The position numbers were made by a program, and so were the translations under genes. A stretch of 52,695 bases of DNA from Candidatus Heimdallarchaeota archaeon (lineage in GTDB: Archaea; Asgardarchaeota; Heimdallarchaeia; JABLTI01). Every line of letters starts with the position of its first letter. Position 1 is the stretch's first letter. Below the pieces are notes generated by a model. That model did not search any database, was not told the origin of the DNA, and saw only the letters and a program-made list of their open reading frames with translations. Of the stretch, positions 20,835-30,231 are shown in pieces. The stretch covers positions 1 through 52,695 of the forward strand of contig DXJV01000091.1 of assembly GCA_019056785.1 (NCBI GenBank). Direction: 5' to 3'.

Positions 20835-20864
20835 TTATAAAATGGTTCCATTTTTTTGAACCAT
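20835..20864. promoter_or_regulatory. TATA-like box with adjacent inverted repeat ATGGTTC-N9-GAACCAT
   Basis: Perfect 7-bp IR at 20842-20848/20858-20864 abutting a minus-strand TTTTATAA, about 80 bp upstream of the PepSY gene. Confidence 0.45.
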
Positions 20865-20982
20865 ATAGAAGAGTGAAAAATTATTAAGGAAAAGAAGTAT
20901 TAATCATTTGTTTTCTTTGCTTGTAAGGAAAATCTTTCGAAAAATAATCGCTTAGAGATAATAACGAGAAATTAACTTTTGG

Positions 20983-21942
20983 ATGGACATGAAAATGGTT
21001 AAAGTAATAAGTTCTGCCCCAGGAAAACTCATTCTTTTTGGTGAGCATGCAAGTAGCAGAGGAAAACCGGCGATCGTTTTTGCGGTGAATCAACGTTTAG
21101 AAGTGAAAATTTTCCCATGTCAAAAACACAAGATCTTGATTACGAGTGAAAATTTCAAAGTCTACAAAGAAGAATATCCTACTGCTAAACTAGATATTGT
21201 TACAAACATTCTTTCGACTTTCTTTAAAAAGTACAATATCGCCGAAAGGCCAATTGAAATCGAAATCTCCTCTACTATTAAACCTGGTTTCGGAAGTTCT
21301 GCTGCGCTTATTATTGCACTCTTTGATGCATTATTTACATATTTCAACTGCCATCCCTCAAAATTAGAATTTCTACAAATCTGCATCGAGTTTAATCAGT
21401 CTTTGAAAGGTTACGGGAGTGGTTTGGATATTGCATGTGCCCTTTACGGTGGTATGATCAAATTTCAGCAGGGACGAAAACCGGAACCTTTGCCCTTCGA
21501 GCAGCTTAATTTTTTAGTTGGTTCTACAGGGTTTAAAGCGCCCAGTGGACCCATAATAAAAGCAGTCCGTGAATTAGAAGTAAAGGATCCCATTATCACC
21601 GGGAAAATTTTCACACGAATAGGAGAGCTTGTTAGTTTAGGGGAGGACGCAATTTTAAAGAATAACCAAAGATTATTGGGAGAATTGATGAATGAAAATC
21701 ACAAGCTCCTCCAAAAGTTAGGAGTTAGTTCCCCAATTCTCGATCAAATGGTGAATGCTGCACGAAAGGCAGGGGCTCTTGGTGCTAAACTTTCAGGGGC
21801 GGGGAAAGGAGATAATATACTTGCTTTGGTTCCAAACGAAAGAGTGGGAGAAGTTATCCAGGCATTAAATGCCACAAAAGGTTCTGCACTTCCAGAAGTA
21901 ATTATTGAACCAGAAGGATTAAAAACAGAAAAAATTGAGTGA
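20983..21942 (+). CDS. mvk: Mevalonate kinase (GHMP family)
   Basis: SAPGKLILFGEH, PGFGSSAA, GSGLD, GAKLSGAGKGD. Confidence 0.85.
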   Translation: MDMKMVKVISSAPGKLILFGEHASSRGKPAIVFAVNQRLEVKIFPCQKHKILITSENFKVYKEEYPTAKLDIVTNILSTFFKKYNIAERPIEIEISSTIKPGFGSSAALIIALFDALFTYFNCHPSKLEFLQICIEFNQSLKGYGSGLDIACALYGGMIKFQQGRKPEPLPFEQLNFLVGSTGFKAPSGPIIKAVRELEVKDPIITGKIFTRIGELVSLGEDAILKNNQRLLGELMNENHKLLQKLGVSSPILDQMVNAARKAGALGAKLSGAGKGDNILALVPNERVGEVIQALNATKGSALPEVIIEPEGLKTEKIE

Positions 21943-21965
21943 AAAAAATTCTTGAAAGAAATTGT

Positions 21966-22316
21966 CTAAGCAAGCCATTTCTCTCGAGGACGTCTTTCGG
22001 GTATACCCTCTGGCATTTTTCCTGATTTATGAAATTCTTCTGAAGTATATAACCCACAATAGCAATGGCCAAATTCTTCAAGGTCGGGTTTACAATAGTC
22101 GCATGGGCAGATAACATCTGCATCTTTTTCGCGGATACCTTCATGCATTCTACAAGGGCACGCAAAATATTCATATCGATTATAATTTGTCTGCAAACCT
22201 TCTATCAACATTTCTAAAAAATCCTCATCCGGGTGGAGATACCAACCATTTTTCTTAGCAACCATCTCGATGAATTTTCTGACTTCTTCTTTTGTTTTTT
22301 GTTTCTTTTCTGTCAT
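21966..22316 (-). CDS. Ferredoxin-thioredoxin reductase catalytic subunit-like protein
   Basis: CPCR...CPC...CYCGLY signature. Confidence 0.9.
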   Translation of the reverse strand: MTEKKQKTKEEVRKFIEMVAKKNGWYLHPDEDFLEMLIEGLQTNYNRYEYFACPCRMHEGIREKDADVICPCDYCKPDLEEFGHCYCGLYTSEEFHKSGKMPEGIPERRPREKWLA

Positions 22317-22337
22317 CTTTCTATTCCACCTTTTTAA

Positions 22338-22640
22338 TTATTGTAAGAATGCTTCCTCATATTTTGTTTCTGTGAACCCTACGAGAACTTTTTCACCACC
22401 ATCTATTACTGCGAATGGAAACCCAATTCGTTCTTCAAATTTTGCCATAAGGTCGCGCTTAACTTTTTGACGCAAATCATAAGATAATTGATCAACGTAA
22501 ATATATCTGAAAGTTATTTTATTGTTACGTAAGAATGCGAGTGCTCGACGGCAAAAACCGCATGTGGAGAGAGCATATATCCGGATATCGCACGGTTCTT
22601 TTTCACCTTCAACTTCTGCAAATTCTAAATTCTTATGCAT
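22338..22640 (-). CDS. Glutaredoxin-like (NrdH-type) protein
   Basis: YALSTCGFC active site, FP motif, VLVGF. Confidence 0.9.
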   Translation of the reverse strand: MHKNLEFAEVEGEKEPCDIRIYALSTCGFCRRALAFLRNNKITFRYIYVDQLSYDLRQKVKRDLMAKFEERIGFPFAVIDGGEKVLVGFTETKYEEAFLQ

Positions 22641-22837
22641 TGTTTTTCTAAAACCTCATTTTTTCTTGTTATTTTAAACAATATTTGGCCATCATTTAAA
22701 AGCTTTTGAAAAAAAAGCTAAAGTTCACAGCAAACTAAATGGTAGTTTTTAATAGAAGCTTAAAAGAGCCAGTTGAAGAGAAAAAGCGAATTTTTAGAAA
22801 GATTAAACTATTTAAGGATAAACACTATACGTTAGCT

Positions 22838-23245
22838 ATGGCAAAGAAACTTACCGTTCGCCATCTTGAAAGATGTGTTGGTTGCTTAAATTGTGTTATG
22901 GCTTGCGCTCGTGAGAGGTTTAATAAGCTTTCTATTGACCAGGCTGCTATTGCTGTAAAGGCAGCTGGACAAACTGCATATTATTCTATCATCGTCTGCC
23001 GTGGTTGTCAAGATCCTGTTTGCTTGCGAGCATGTCCAACAGGAGCGCTACGAAAGCGACCAGGCGGTGGTGTCATTCTCAATAAGGCTAAATGTGATGC
23101 ATGTGGTCTTTGTAAAGATGCGTGCATTCTTGGGGCAATCAAATTAGACCAGATAACTGGCATGCCTATCATTTGCATTCATTGTGGCCAATGTGTTGAC
23201 TTTTGTCCTCATGGGATATTGGTTATGGAGGAAGTTGAAGATTGA
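22838..23245 (+). CDS. Multi-[4Fe-4S] ferredoxin subunit (DmsB/HycB-like)
   Basis: Four Cys clusters: CVGCLNCVMAC, CRGCQDPVCLRACP, CDACGLCKDAC, CIHCGQCVDFCP. Start ATG 22838 preferred (TATA-like tttaag ~25 nt upstream). Confidence 0.9.
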   Translation: MAKKLTVRHLERCVGCLNCVMACARERFNKLSIDQAAIAVKAAGQTAYYSIIVCRGCQDPVCLRACPTGALRKRPGGGVILNKAKCDACGLCKDACILGAIKLDQITGMPIICIHCGQCVDFCPHGILVMEEVED

Positions 23246-24990
23246 AGATCGCTGATATTAATTTGACCACTCGTAAAGTCAAAATACTCGAGGATGAAAA
23301 GTACAATGCCTTTCTAGGTGGTGTAAGTCTTGCCACAGAGCTGTTTGTTAATAATTGCAAACCTGACATTGACCCCTTAGGAAAAGAGAATATTATTGTC
23401 TTTGCCAAAGGACCTCTTACTGCTGCTTTTCCCACAGCATCGAAAGCTGTAGCTCTGTTTAAATCCCCTGTGAGTAATGAGTTAGGCGAAAGTTATGCTG
23501 GTGGACGGATGGCTTCTGCAATGCGCTTTTCTGGGTATGATGCTCTTCTCATTCGCGGGAAAGCTTCTCATCCCGTTTATATTGCAATTCACGATGATAC
23601 TATTGCAATAAAGAATGCTGAATTACTCTGGAATCTCCGCAGTGTTTTCGTAGTTGGGCGTGTATTACGTGATGCTGAACCTCAAGGCCCCGGGCGGAGA
23701 AGTTTCATCCGTTCTGGCCGTGCGGGAGACCGGCTAATTCGATATGCGAATTTAAATGTTGATAATTACCGCCATTTTGGGCGATTAGGTTTGGGGGCTG
23801 TTTTTGGTTCAAAAAATCTAAAGGCACTTGTTATTGAAGGGACAAAAGATTTCAAATTTGCTGATATGAAAGCCTATAAAACTGCCTATCGAGAAGTATA
23901 TAACTATTTGACCCACAGCGATGTGATGGATAAGTATCATATTTTAGGAACGTCTGCTGGCATTCTGCCTATTAATGCAATGGGTGCTCTTCCGACAAGA
24001 AATTACAGCATAGGAACATTTGAAGCCGCAGAGCAAATTTCCGGTGAATATTATGCCGAAAATCTTCTTTTACGAAAAATCGCTTGTTCGCAATGCCCTG
24101 TTGGTTGTATCCATATTGCCTATCTTCGAATTCCCTATCGAAAAGAAGAGTATGATGTAGAAACAACTTTTGTGCCCTATGATTATGAACTAATTTATGC
24201 TCTGGGAACAAACCTGGGTGTTTCTGATGCTAAGGATGTTCTTCGTTTGATTGAACTTGCTGATCGTAATGGCGTAGATATTATCTCTCTTGGCGGAATT
24301 CTCGGTTGGGCTACAGATGCTTTTGCCAATGGCTTAATAACCATAAATGATACTTTGGGCGTTAAGTTTGAGTTTGGGGATGTCTCAAATTATTTAACAG
24401 CAATTAGTCTTATAATTCGTCGGGAAAACGAATTTTATCGCACACTGGGTGAAGGTCTGGATGCTTGCGTAGAAAAATATGGTGGAGCAGAGTATGCCAT
24501 CCGCATTGGTGGGCAAACACCAGCGGGGTATATGACCGGTCCGGCAAGTATCCTGGGGCACATCATTGGCCAACGGCATTCTCATCTCTGTAATGGTGGC
24601 TACAGTTATGATCAAAAAACTTTCGGGAAAAAAATAGGCTACAAGGAAATGGTTGATGCCCTTGTCACTGAAGAAAAATGGCGGCAGATACTGAACTCTC
24701 TTGTCATTTGTTTGTTTGCTCGAAAGGTCTTTACTATTGACCGGACTTTGAAAAGTTTGAGCTCTATTGGAATTGCTTTTACTAAAGAAGAGCTGTTAAC
24801 ACTTGCTAATGAAACCTATGAAAAGAAAAATGCTTGGAAAAAAGCCGCAGGACAAATTATCAGTCAAAAAAATCTTGCAAAAAAGATCTATTCGTTTAAA
24901 ACGCCGCATGGTTTTATTAAAAAGAATTTTCTCCAGAAAGCCATTGAATATTACTCGGAGCTTTCTGGAATTCCATACGAGGTAGGATAA
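23242..24990 (+). CDS. aor: Aldehyde ferredoxin oxidoreductase family (tungsto/molybdopterin) enzyme
   Basis: KSP...GESYAGG, GYDAL, GRLGLGAVFGSKNLKA, CSQCPVGC, DYE, GVDIIS. Overlaps the ferredoxin stop. Confidence 0.9.
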   Translation: MKIADINLTTRKVKILEDEKYNAFLGGVSLATELFVNNCKPDIDPLGKENIIVFAKGPLTAAFPTASKAVALFKSPVSNELGESYAGGRMASAMRFSGYDALLIRGKASHPVYIAIHDDTIAIKNAELLWNLRSVFVVGRVLRDAEPQGPGRRSFIRSGRAGDRLIRYANLNVDNYRHFGRLGLGAVFGSKNLKALVIEGTKDFKFADMKAYKTAYREVYNYLTHSDVMDKYHILGTSAGILPINAMGALPTRNYSIGTFEAAEQISGEYYAENLLLRKIACSQCPVGCIHIAYLRIPYRKEEYDVETTFVPYDYELIYALGTNLGVSDAKDVLRLIELADRNGVDIISLGGILGWATDAFANGLITINDTLGVKFEFGDVSNYLTAISLIIRRENEFYRTLGEGLDACVEKYGGAEYAIRIGGQTPAGYMTGPASILGHIIGQRHSHLCNGGYSYDQKTFGKKIGYKEMVDALVTEEKWRQILNSLVICLFARKVFTIDRTLKSLSSIGIAFTKEELLTLANETYEKKNAWKKAAGQIISQKNLAKKIYSFKTPHGFIKKNFLQKAIEYYSELSGIPYEVG

Positions 24991-25027
24991 ATTTGGTGAG
25001 GAATCCTCGAGTTTTTTTCGCTGCCAG

Positions 25028-25942
25028 TTAGTCTTTCTCTAAAATCCAATTTGGATCGAATTCACCAACATAGCCATAGGCCAATAATTTTCGACCGGTG
25101 AAAAAGGCATTCAACACACCACTTTCTTGAATAATAATTTCTTTCTTTTGAGGGTTGTGCTCGAGTAAATATTGTTGTAATTCTTCTGCTGCTTCAGGCC
25201 AGCGAGAGTGTGCTATGAAGAAAGTTCTTACTTCCGGATGCATCTTTTCCAAGGCATTTCTCCCGAATTTTTTCATTTGTTTTAATATAAGTTTATCTTC
25301 CGCTCGGAGCTGGCCATAGATATGTATTTCATCCTCTTCAAAACCAACTACGGGTTTGAACTTGAAAATATCTGCGAAAAATTTCTTCGTCTTCGAAAGT
25401 CGTCCGGTTCGAACGAGATTGTCCAATTTGTTAATGATACCTGCGTATTGCACTTTTGGGAGCCAACTTTCAATTTTTCTTACTAGTTCTTCTTTTGACA
25501 TTCCATCAGCTGCTAATCTTGCAGCTTCAACCACTAAGGTGGCGATTCCTACACTATTTACACCTGTTTGATAGGTTGTAATATCTTTGTCTGTCATGTA
25601 TTGTTCAATAACCATTTTTGCTGTGTTATAAACTGCCGACATCTTTTGAGAAATGAACAAGCCGATCAATGAGTCGCCGATTTCCAGAGCTTTCTCAAAC
25701 GTTTGTTTAAAAATCCCGGGAGAGGGGATAGCAGTTGTTGGCACTTCTGTTTCGATTATCCGGTAAAATTCCTCCCAAGTTAATCCTTTTTCGATCCCCC
25801 TGTATTTATATGATTTCTCTTTGAAATTTATAAGTATTGGTAAGATTGTTATCTTGTATTTTTCCTCTAACTCAGGGGGGATATCTGCAGACGCATCGGT
25901 TACAATAGCTACATGTTGTTTAGTCATTATCAATAACACCAA
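25028..25942 (-). CDS. DegV/FakB family fatty-acid-binding protein
   Basis: AIVTDASADIP, PTTAIPSPG, ISQKMSAVYN, LDNLVRTGRL, FKPVV. Real start likely MTKQH (25927). Confidence 0.9.
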   Translation of the reverse strand: MVLLIMTKQHVAIVTDASADIPPELEEKYKITILPILINFKEKSYKYRGIEKGLTWEEFYRIIETEVPTTAIPSPGIFKQTFEKALEIGDSLIGLFISQKMSAVYNTAKMVIEQYMTDKDITTYQTGVNSVGIATLVVEAARLAADGMSKEELVRKIESWLPKVQYAGIINKLDNLVRTGRLSKTKKFFADIFKFKPVVGFEEDEIHIYGQLRAEDKLILKQMKKFGRNALEKMHPEVRTFFIAHSRWPEAAEELQQYLLEHNPQKKEIIIQESGVLNAFFTGRKLLAYGYVGEFDPNWILEKD

Positions 25943-26042
25943 TTATTAATATGAGATATTTTTCTTTCTAACCTTTTTTAATCTTTATATAGTAAAATTC
26001 CGTTAAATTAAATAGAGAAAAAGTGTTAGAAAGTGCCCTGAA

Positions 26043-26591
26043 ATGCCTACAAATAATAGCGCTATTCGTAAACAATTGCTCAAAGCGAGAGAGATACTAT
26101 GGCAAGAGAAGCTTGAACTTTCGAAAAAATCCAACAAAGTGATTGCCTCTTTACAATTGAATGTTCCAGGCTGGCCAAAAACGACACAAAGAATTGAGAG
26201 AGTAAAAGACACTGTTATTACTAGTTTTTACAATTTTTTAGTGCAAAAAGGCATTGAGTCTACCTATACTTTCTTTTCCAACAATGTTTTTGGAACGGTT
26301 CCGTTCTTTCTTTTTGATTCACCTGCTGACAAAATAAAACAATTAGCTATAGACTTTGAAGAAAACTATCCAATTGGTCGCTTTATAGATATAGACATTT
26401 TGAACAAAAAGCAAGAATTCGTTGAACGCGAAAAAAAACGGCAGTGCTTTTTTTGTGGTAGGCTAGCAATTGATTGCATGCGAGAAAAAAGACATTCTAT
26501 TGAAGATTTGCGCCGGTATTTTGACGAAAAATTGAGTGATTTTTTAGCTGCCCAGCCTTTTAATTCTATGTCTTTTCATTTATTGGAATAA
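26043..26591 (+). CDS. citX: Apo-citrate lyase phosphoribosyl-dephospho-CoA transferase-like protein
   Basis: LNVPGWPK, EENYPIGRFIDIDI, RQCFFC...CMREKRH. Confidence 0.8.
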   Translation: MPTNNSAIRKQLLKAREILWQEKLELSKKSNKVIASLQLNVPGWPKTTQRIERVKDTVITSFYNFLVQKGIESTYTFFSNNVFGTVPFFLFDSPADKIKQLAIDFEENYPIGRFIDIDILNKKQEFVEREKKRQCFFCGRLAIDCMREKRHSIEDLRRYFDEKLSDFLAAQPFNSMSFHLLE

Positions 26592-26667
26592 CTTTTTTTT
26601 TCTTGAGAACCTTTTTCCTTTTCTAATTAATATAACAGCTGAAAGAAAAAGAAGGGAAGATTGACTT

Positions 26668-27453
26668 TTAGTTTATAATAATAACTTCTTCAAATAGGGA
26701 AGGGTCATTAACGACGAAGTTTATCATTTCGAGATATTCATTTAAAGCCTCATAGGCAAATTCACGAGACTTAAATCGGGTGGAAATTTTCAGAACATTA
26801 ATCATATCTAACCCCTCAAGTCGAACAACTCCTTCTGCAAAGGAAATAATGAATAATACCCAATTTACATTATTTTCCCCAAAAACAGATGACCTCGGAA
26901 AAGGTTTCGCAAAAACTATTTTTGCTTTTCCTTTAAACTCATCGCCAATCTCGTTTAGAATACTCCGCGCTTCAATTATCCTGAGGTTCTTATAGCTATT
27001 CTTGGTAATTGCTGCTTCCAGCCTTTTTATCCAGTCATATCGCAATATGATCTTGCTCTCAGGATTATCCTCAAGATATTTCCAAATTGGGCAAAACTGG
27101 TGTCGTTCTTGACCGAATAATCGTTCTGGCAAGTAGGCGGTCCAGAGGTTCTCTCGAAGTTTCATCATATCAATTTTTACCGGCCCTTTCCTGAATGACT
27201 CTTTATTAACCTTATTTTGGAGTTCCTCTTGCCTTTGCTGTAATTTCTTCTCTGCTTTCTCTTTTGAATAAATAATCCCTTCAAGTATTACCATACCAAA
27301 TTCTTGAATAATAATTTTTGAGAGAGTAGTTACTGGAATTTGTGTAACAGTTTTTAGCCATTCTAAATTAACCTCGTCCCTATTGCCAATAAGCCTTTCA
27401 ATGGACTTGATCATTTCAGGTGTTATTGCTTCTTGAGAGGGGCTTGGACACAC
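26668..27453 (-). CDS. Hypothetical protein
   Basis: 261-aa ORF with GGTGA upstream of the GTG start; no family recognised. Confidence 0.65.
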   Translation of the reverse strand: MCPSPSQEAITPEMIKSIERLIGNRDEVNLEWLKTVTQIPVTTLSKIIIQEFGMVILEGIIYSKEKAEKKLQQRQEELQNKVNKESFRKGPVKIDMMKLRENLWTAYLPERLFGQERHQFCPIWKYLEDNPESKIILRYDWIKRLEAAITKNSYKNLRIIEARSILNEIGDEFKGKAKIVFAKPFPRSSVFGENNVNWVLFIISFAEGVVRLEGLDMINVLKISTRFKSREFAYEALNEYLEMINFVVNDPSLFEEVIIIN

Positions 27454-27536
27454 GACAAATTCACCAATTATAATTGTACTGAGAATAATTCTTTTTAAAA
27501 CTCTTTCCTTGGCTCATAATTCAACAATTTTTTTAT

Positions 27537-27896
27537 TTATTTTTCTATTTGCTCAGAAAAATACAACTCTTTCCCTTCTACTAACATTTCAGCCATTTTT
27601 CTTCTAGCTGAATTGATGAGTCGCCAAAGTGCTGTTTTTGACAGCGCCATTTTTCTGCCGGCTTCTTCTTGTGTCAAGCCTAAAAGGTCTACAAGACGTA
27701 AAGCCTCGTATTCTGCTATGGTAAGCCTAATTGGTTCTTCGGAGATTTTTGGTTTTGGCACCACACGCCTTATTTTTGGCAGCTCATAGATTACAATCTC
27801 TTTTAAGGGTCGCCCTCTTCTCTGCCCTTTAGGGCATTCGCGCTCTTCACAAAATCGTTTTCGTTTCTTTTCACATCGGAAATGATAATAGCGCAT
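27537..27896 (-). CDS. DUF134/UPF0251 putative DNA-binding protein
   Basis: GRP...LTIAEYEALRLVDLLGLTQEEAGRKMALS...LINSARRKMAEMLVEGK. Confidence 0.9.
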   Translation of the reverse strand: MRYYHFRCEKKRKRFCEERECPKGQRRGRPLKEIVIYELPKIRRVVPKPKISEEPIRLTIAEYEALRLVDLLGLTQEEAGRKMALSKTALWRLINSARRKMAEMLVEGKELYFSEQIEK

Positions 27897-28035
27897 TTTT
27901 CACCGGATCCACATTTTAGTTGCTAGTGCCCTTTGTTCACAAATAAATTTTTTGGGATATGTTCCAAAAATTTAAAAAGGAGTATGTTCTTCAACATTTT
28001 TGGGAAATAACCCAAAAATCTGTGGTGAAAAAAAT

Positions 28036-28404
28036 ATGACAATCATTGCATTTCCGACAATCGATGCGAATGGTGAGAAGAGTAAAATTTCCAACCATTT
28101 TGGACGAGCACCATATTATGTGCTTTATGAAAAAGAGACAAAGCAATTTTCTGTTATAAATAATAAAAGCGAACATTTCGGTGGTGGGTATAAAGCACCG
28201 TCTCTTTTAGAAGACAATCACGTAAATGTTCTAATTTGCCAAGGCCTTGGGCAACGTGCCCTTCAGCGCTTCAATGAATCTAATGTTGCTGTTTATTTAA
28301 CAACAAAAACACTAGTAGAAGAGGCTCTCCGGGACTTTAATGATGGGAAATTAACCCTTTGCACTGAATCCGAAGCCTGCGAAGGAAAAGGGAAGCATCA
28401 TTAA
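28036..28404 (+). CDS. NifB/NifX (FeMo-cofactor-binding-like) family protein
   Basis: IIAFPT...ISNHFGRAPYY...VLICQGLGQRA; ATG at 28036 with GGTGA upstream. Confidence 0.9.
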   Translation: MTIIAFPTIDANGEKSKISNHFGRAPYYVLYEKETKQFSVINNKSEHFGGGYKAPSLLEDNHVNVLICQGLGQRALQRFNESNVAVYLTTKTLVEEALRDFNDGKLTLCTESEACEGKGKHH

Positions 28405-28417
28405 TCCAAATGCAGTT

Positions 28418-28460
28418 ACTTTTTCTTTCTTTCTTTTCTTTCTTTCCTTTCTTTCTTTCC
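28418..28460 (+). terminator. Polypyrimidine (TTTC)n tract
   Basis: About 40 nt of T/C only, just after the NifX-like stop. Confidence 0.45.
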
Positions 28461-28477
28461 AAAGAATAATCTTAAAA

Positions 28478-30208
28478 ATGATAAAGTGTAAAGAAAGTAG
28501 AACGAGAAGCTTTTATGAGAGATTTTTATCAATGGGAAACCTTACAGAAATGAATAATAACCAAGTCATTCGTGTTTTTTCTTTCTACTGTGATATCTGT
28601 CATAAAAAAATAGAAGTCCCAATACTGAAAAAGGACAAAGAACGACAAGTTGGTGGGATTTTTCGCAAGATTGTCATCCATCAATGTGAAAAAGAACCTT
28701 TAGCATTTTTCCTCTATTTTGATGAACATTATGCACTCCGGCAAAAGATTACTCGTGAAGTAACTTTTGAAAAAATTGATGCTGTTAATGGTTTTTCCCA
28801 CGAAGAATTAGAGGATATTAAAGTAAAGTATGGCTTCAATTATTTTTACAAGATTTTTGGTGATGAATTTTCAAAGGTTATTTTTGCTATCCTCATTGGG
28901 CAACAAGTGATAATAGCAGGAGAGAGGAGTGTTGTTTCTTCTTTGATAAACACTCTCAAAATTTTCACCGAAATTCGTAATTGCAAGATAACTTACTGGT
29001 CAAAAGAGGTTGAGTTACTTTCTGATATTGTAGGAACACCTGGAATAAACAGACAAAAATTTCCAAATTCAATAATTGTGGACCTAAAAAATAAACAAAT
29101 CAAGAATGGAATTTCAAACAAATATTCGCTTAAATTCTTACAGAAAATTATTCGAGAATTGGAGATCAATTCTATTTCAAATACTATTCTTAAAGAACTC
29201 CATCGTTTGGACAGCTATGTTAAATCCTTTATTCGAGTAAAAAGTGTAGACGAGGTCGAACTTTTTCTGGAGTCGTTAGCTTTTGAAATTCAAGATGTTG
29301 CGCTCCTCGAAATTTTAGTGATTATTGGTACCCAATTAAACCCACTCATAGCACAATATTACCGTTACAATTATCAGAATTTGAAAGAAATCGATTTGAA
29401 TACTGTCCTCCCGTTTAAAATCTGGTGTTTACAGGAAAAAAAGAGGGCACCTCCAATGACTATCGTGCCGGATAGCTTACCAAATTTCAAAGAATTCTTA
29501 ATTATCAAACGGATCCAAACGCAAGCGAAATGCAATCAATTTTCTCTAAAATTGTTTGAATTCTTCACTCCCAAGAATCATTATATCTTCATTCCCCAAG
29601 GACAAAATACATTTGTATTCTCTTTTCCGCGATATAATGAAGATTTCACTCTCATTTCGAATGCCTTAAAATGTCATTTTGCATTTCAAAAAGAAGCTAA
29701 AAGCAAAAAACTCAATAATGAACATGTTAAAAACAGAATTCTCGAGTCATGGAATGAGATAACAAAAAAAACAACTATTCCGAAAAAATACCAACATTTG
29801 TTAGAAATAAGACAGGAACTACCCTTATTAATAGAACATTCAATTCTCGAAAGCTATTTCTTTGAAATTACCTATGATTTTGCGAATTTCCGTTCATTAA
29901 CGACGGCATTACTCGAAAGATTGGAAGAGACCTTCCAAGTCGAGCTTAAAATTATTCATACTAAGAGCTTGTACACTATTTCTTCCGCTCTTCCATCGCA
30001 ATGGCCAGATAATCCCAAGGTGCAACAAACAATTACTGTCAATTTCAATATCCATTTGTATAACAAAGAGTTGGAGTCCCCTAACAAGTCGGCTATTGTG
30101 CTTGACTTGTTTGTCGACCCTGAAAATATGACTTTAGGTTTAGAATGCCAAAAACTTTTTTCAGATCTTTGTCAAAAATTCTTGAATTGCTTTTCAAAGA
30201 TATTTTGA
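28478..30208 (+). CDS. Putative Cys/His metal-binding domain plus folliculin-like DENN-core protein
   Basis: N-terminal CDIC...HQC...DEHY. FSKVIFAILIGQQVIIAG resembles the cDENN helix-strand (recalled folliculin HVLMGNQVIW), followed by DIVG...IIVDL. Confidence 0.55.
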   Translation: MIKCKESRTRSFYERFLSMGNLTEMNNNQVIRVFSFYCDICHKKIEVPILKKDKERQVGGIFRKIVIHQCEKEPLAFFLYFDEHYALRQKITREVTFEKIDAVNGFSHEELEDIKVKYGFNYFYKIFGDEFSKVIFAILIGQQVIIAGERSVVSSLINTLKIFTEIRNCKITYWSKEVELLSDIVGTPGINRQKFPNSIIVDLKNKQIKNGISNKYSLKFLQKIIRELEINSISNTILKELHRLDSYVKSFIRVKSVDEVELFLESLAFEIQDVALLEILVIIGTQLNPLIAQYYRYNYQNLKEIDLNTVLPFKIWCLQEKKRAPPMTIVPDSLPNFKEFLIIKRIQTQAKCNQFSLKLFEFFTPKNHYIFIPQGQNTFVFSFPRYNEDFTLISNALKCHFAFQKEAKSKKLNNEHVKNRILESWNEITKKTTIPKKYQHLLEIRQELPLLIEHSILESYFFEITYDFANFRSLTTALLERLEETFQVELKIIHTKSLYTISSALPSQWPDNPKVQQTITVNFNIHLYNKELESPNKSAIVLDLFVDPENMTLGLECQKLFSDLCQKFLNCFSKIF

Positions 30209-30231
30209 GAGCTTTTAGTAAAATTCCTCTC

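Noticed and set aside
26668-27453. Possible winged-helix/PCI-like N-terminus
   Set aside because: The pattern is too weak to call without a profile search.
27537-28404. NifB/NifX-like gene as evidence of nitrogen fixation
   Set aside because: The DUF134 + NifX-like pairing is common in non-diazotrophic anaerobes, and no nif genes are present in the window.
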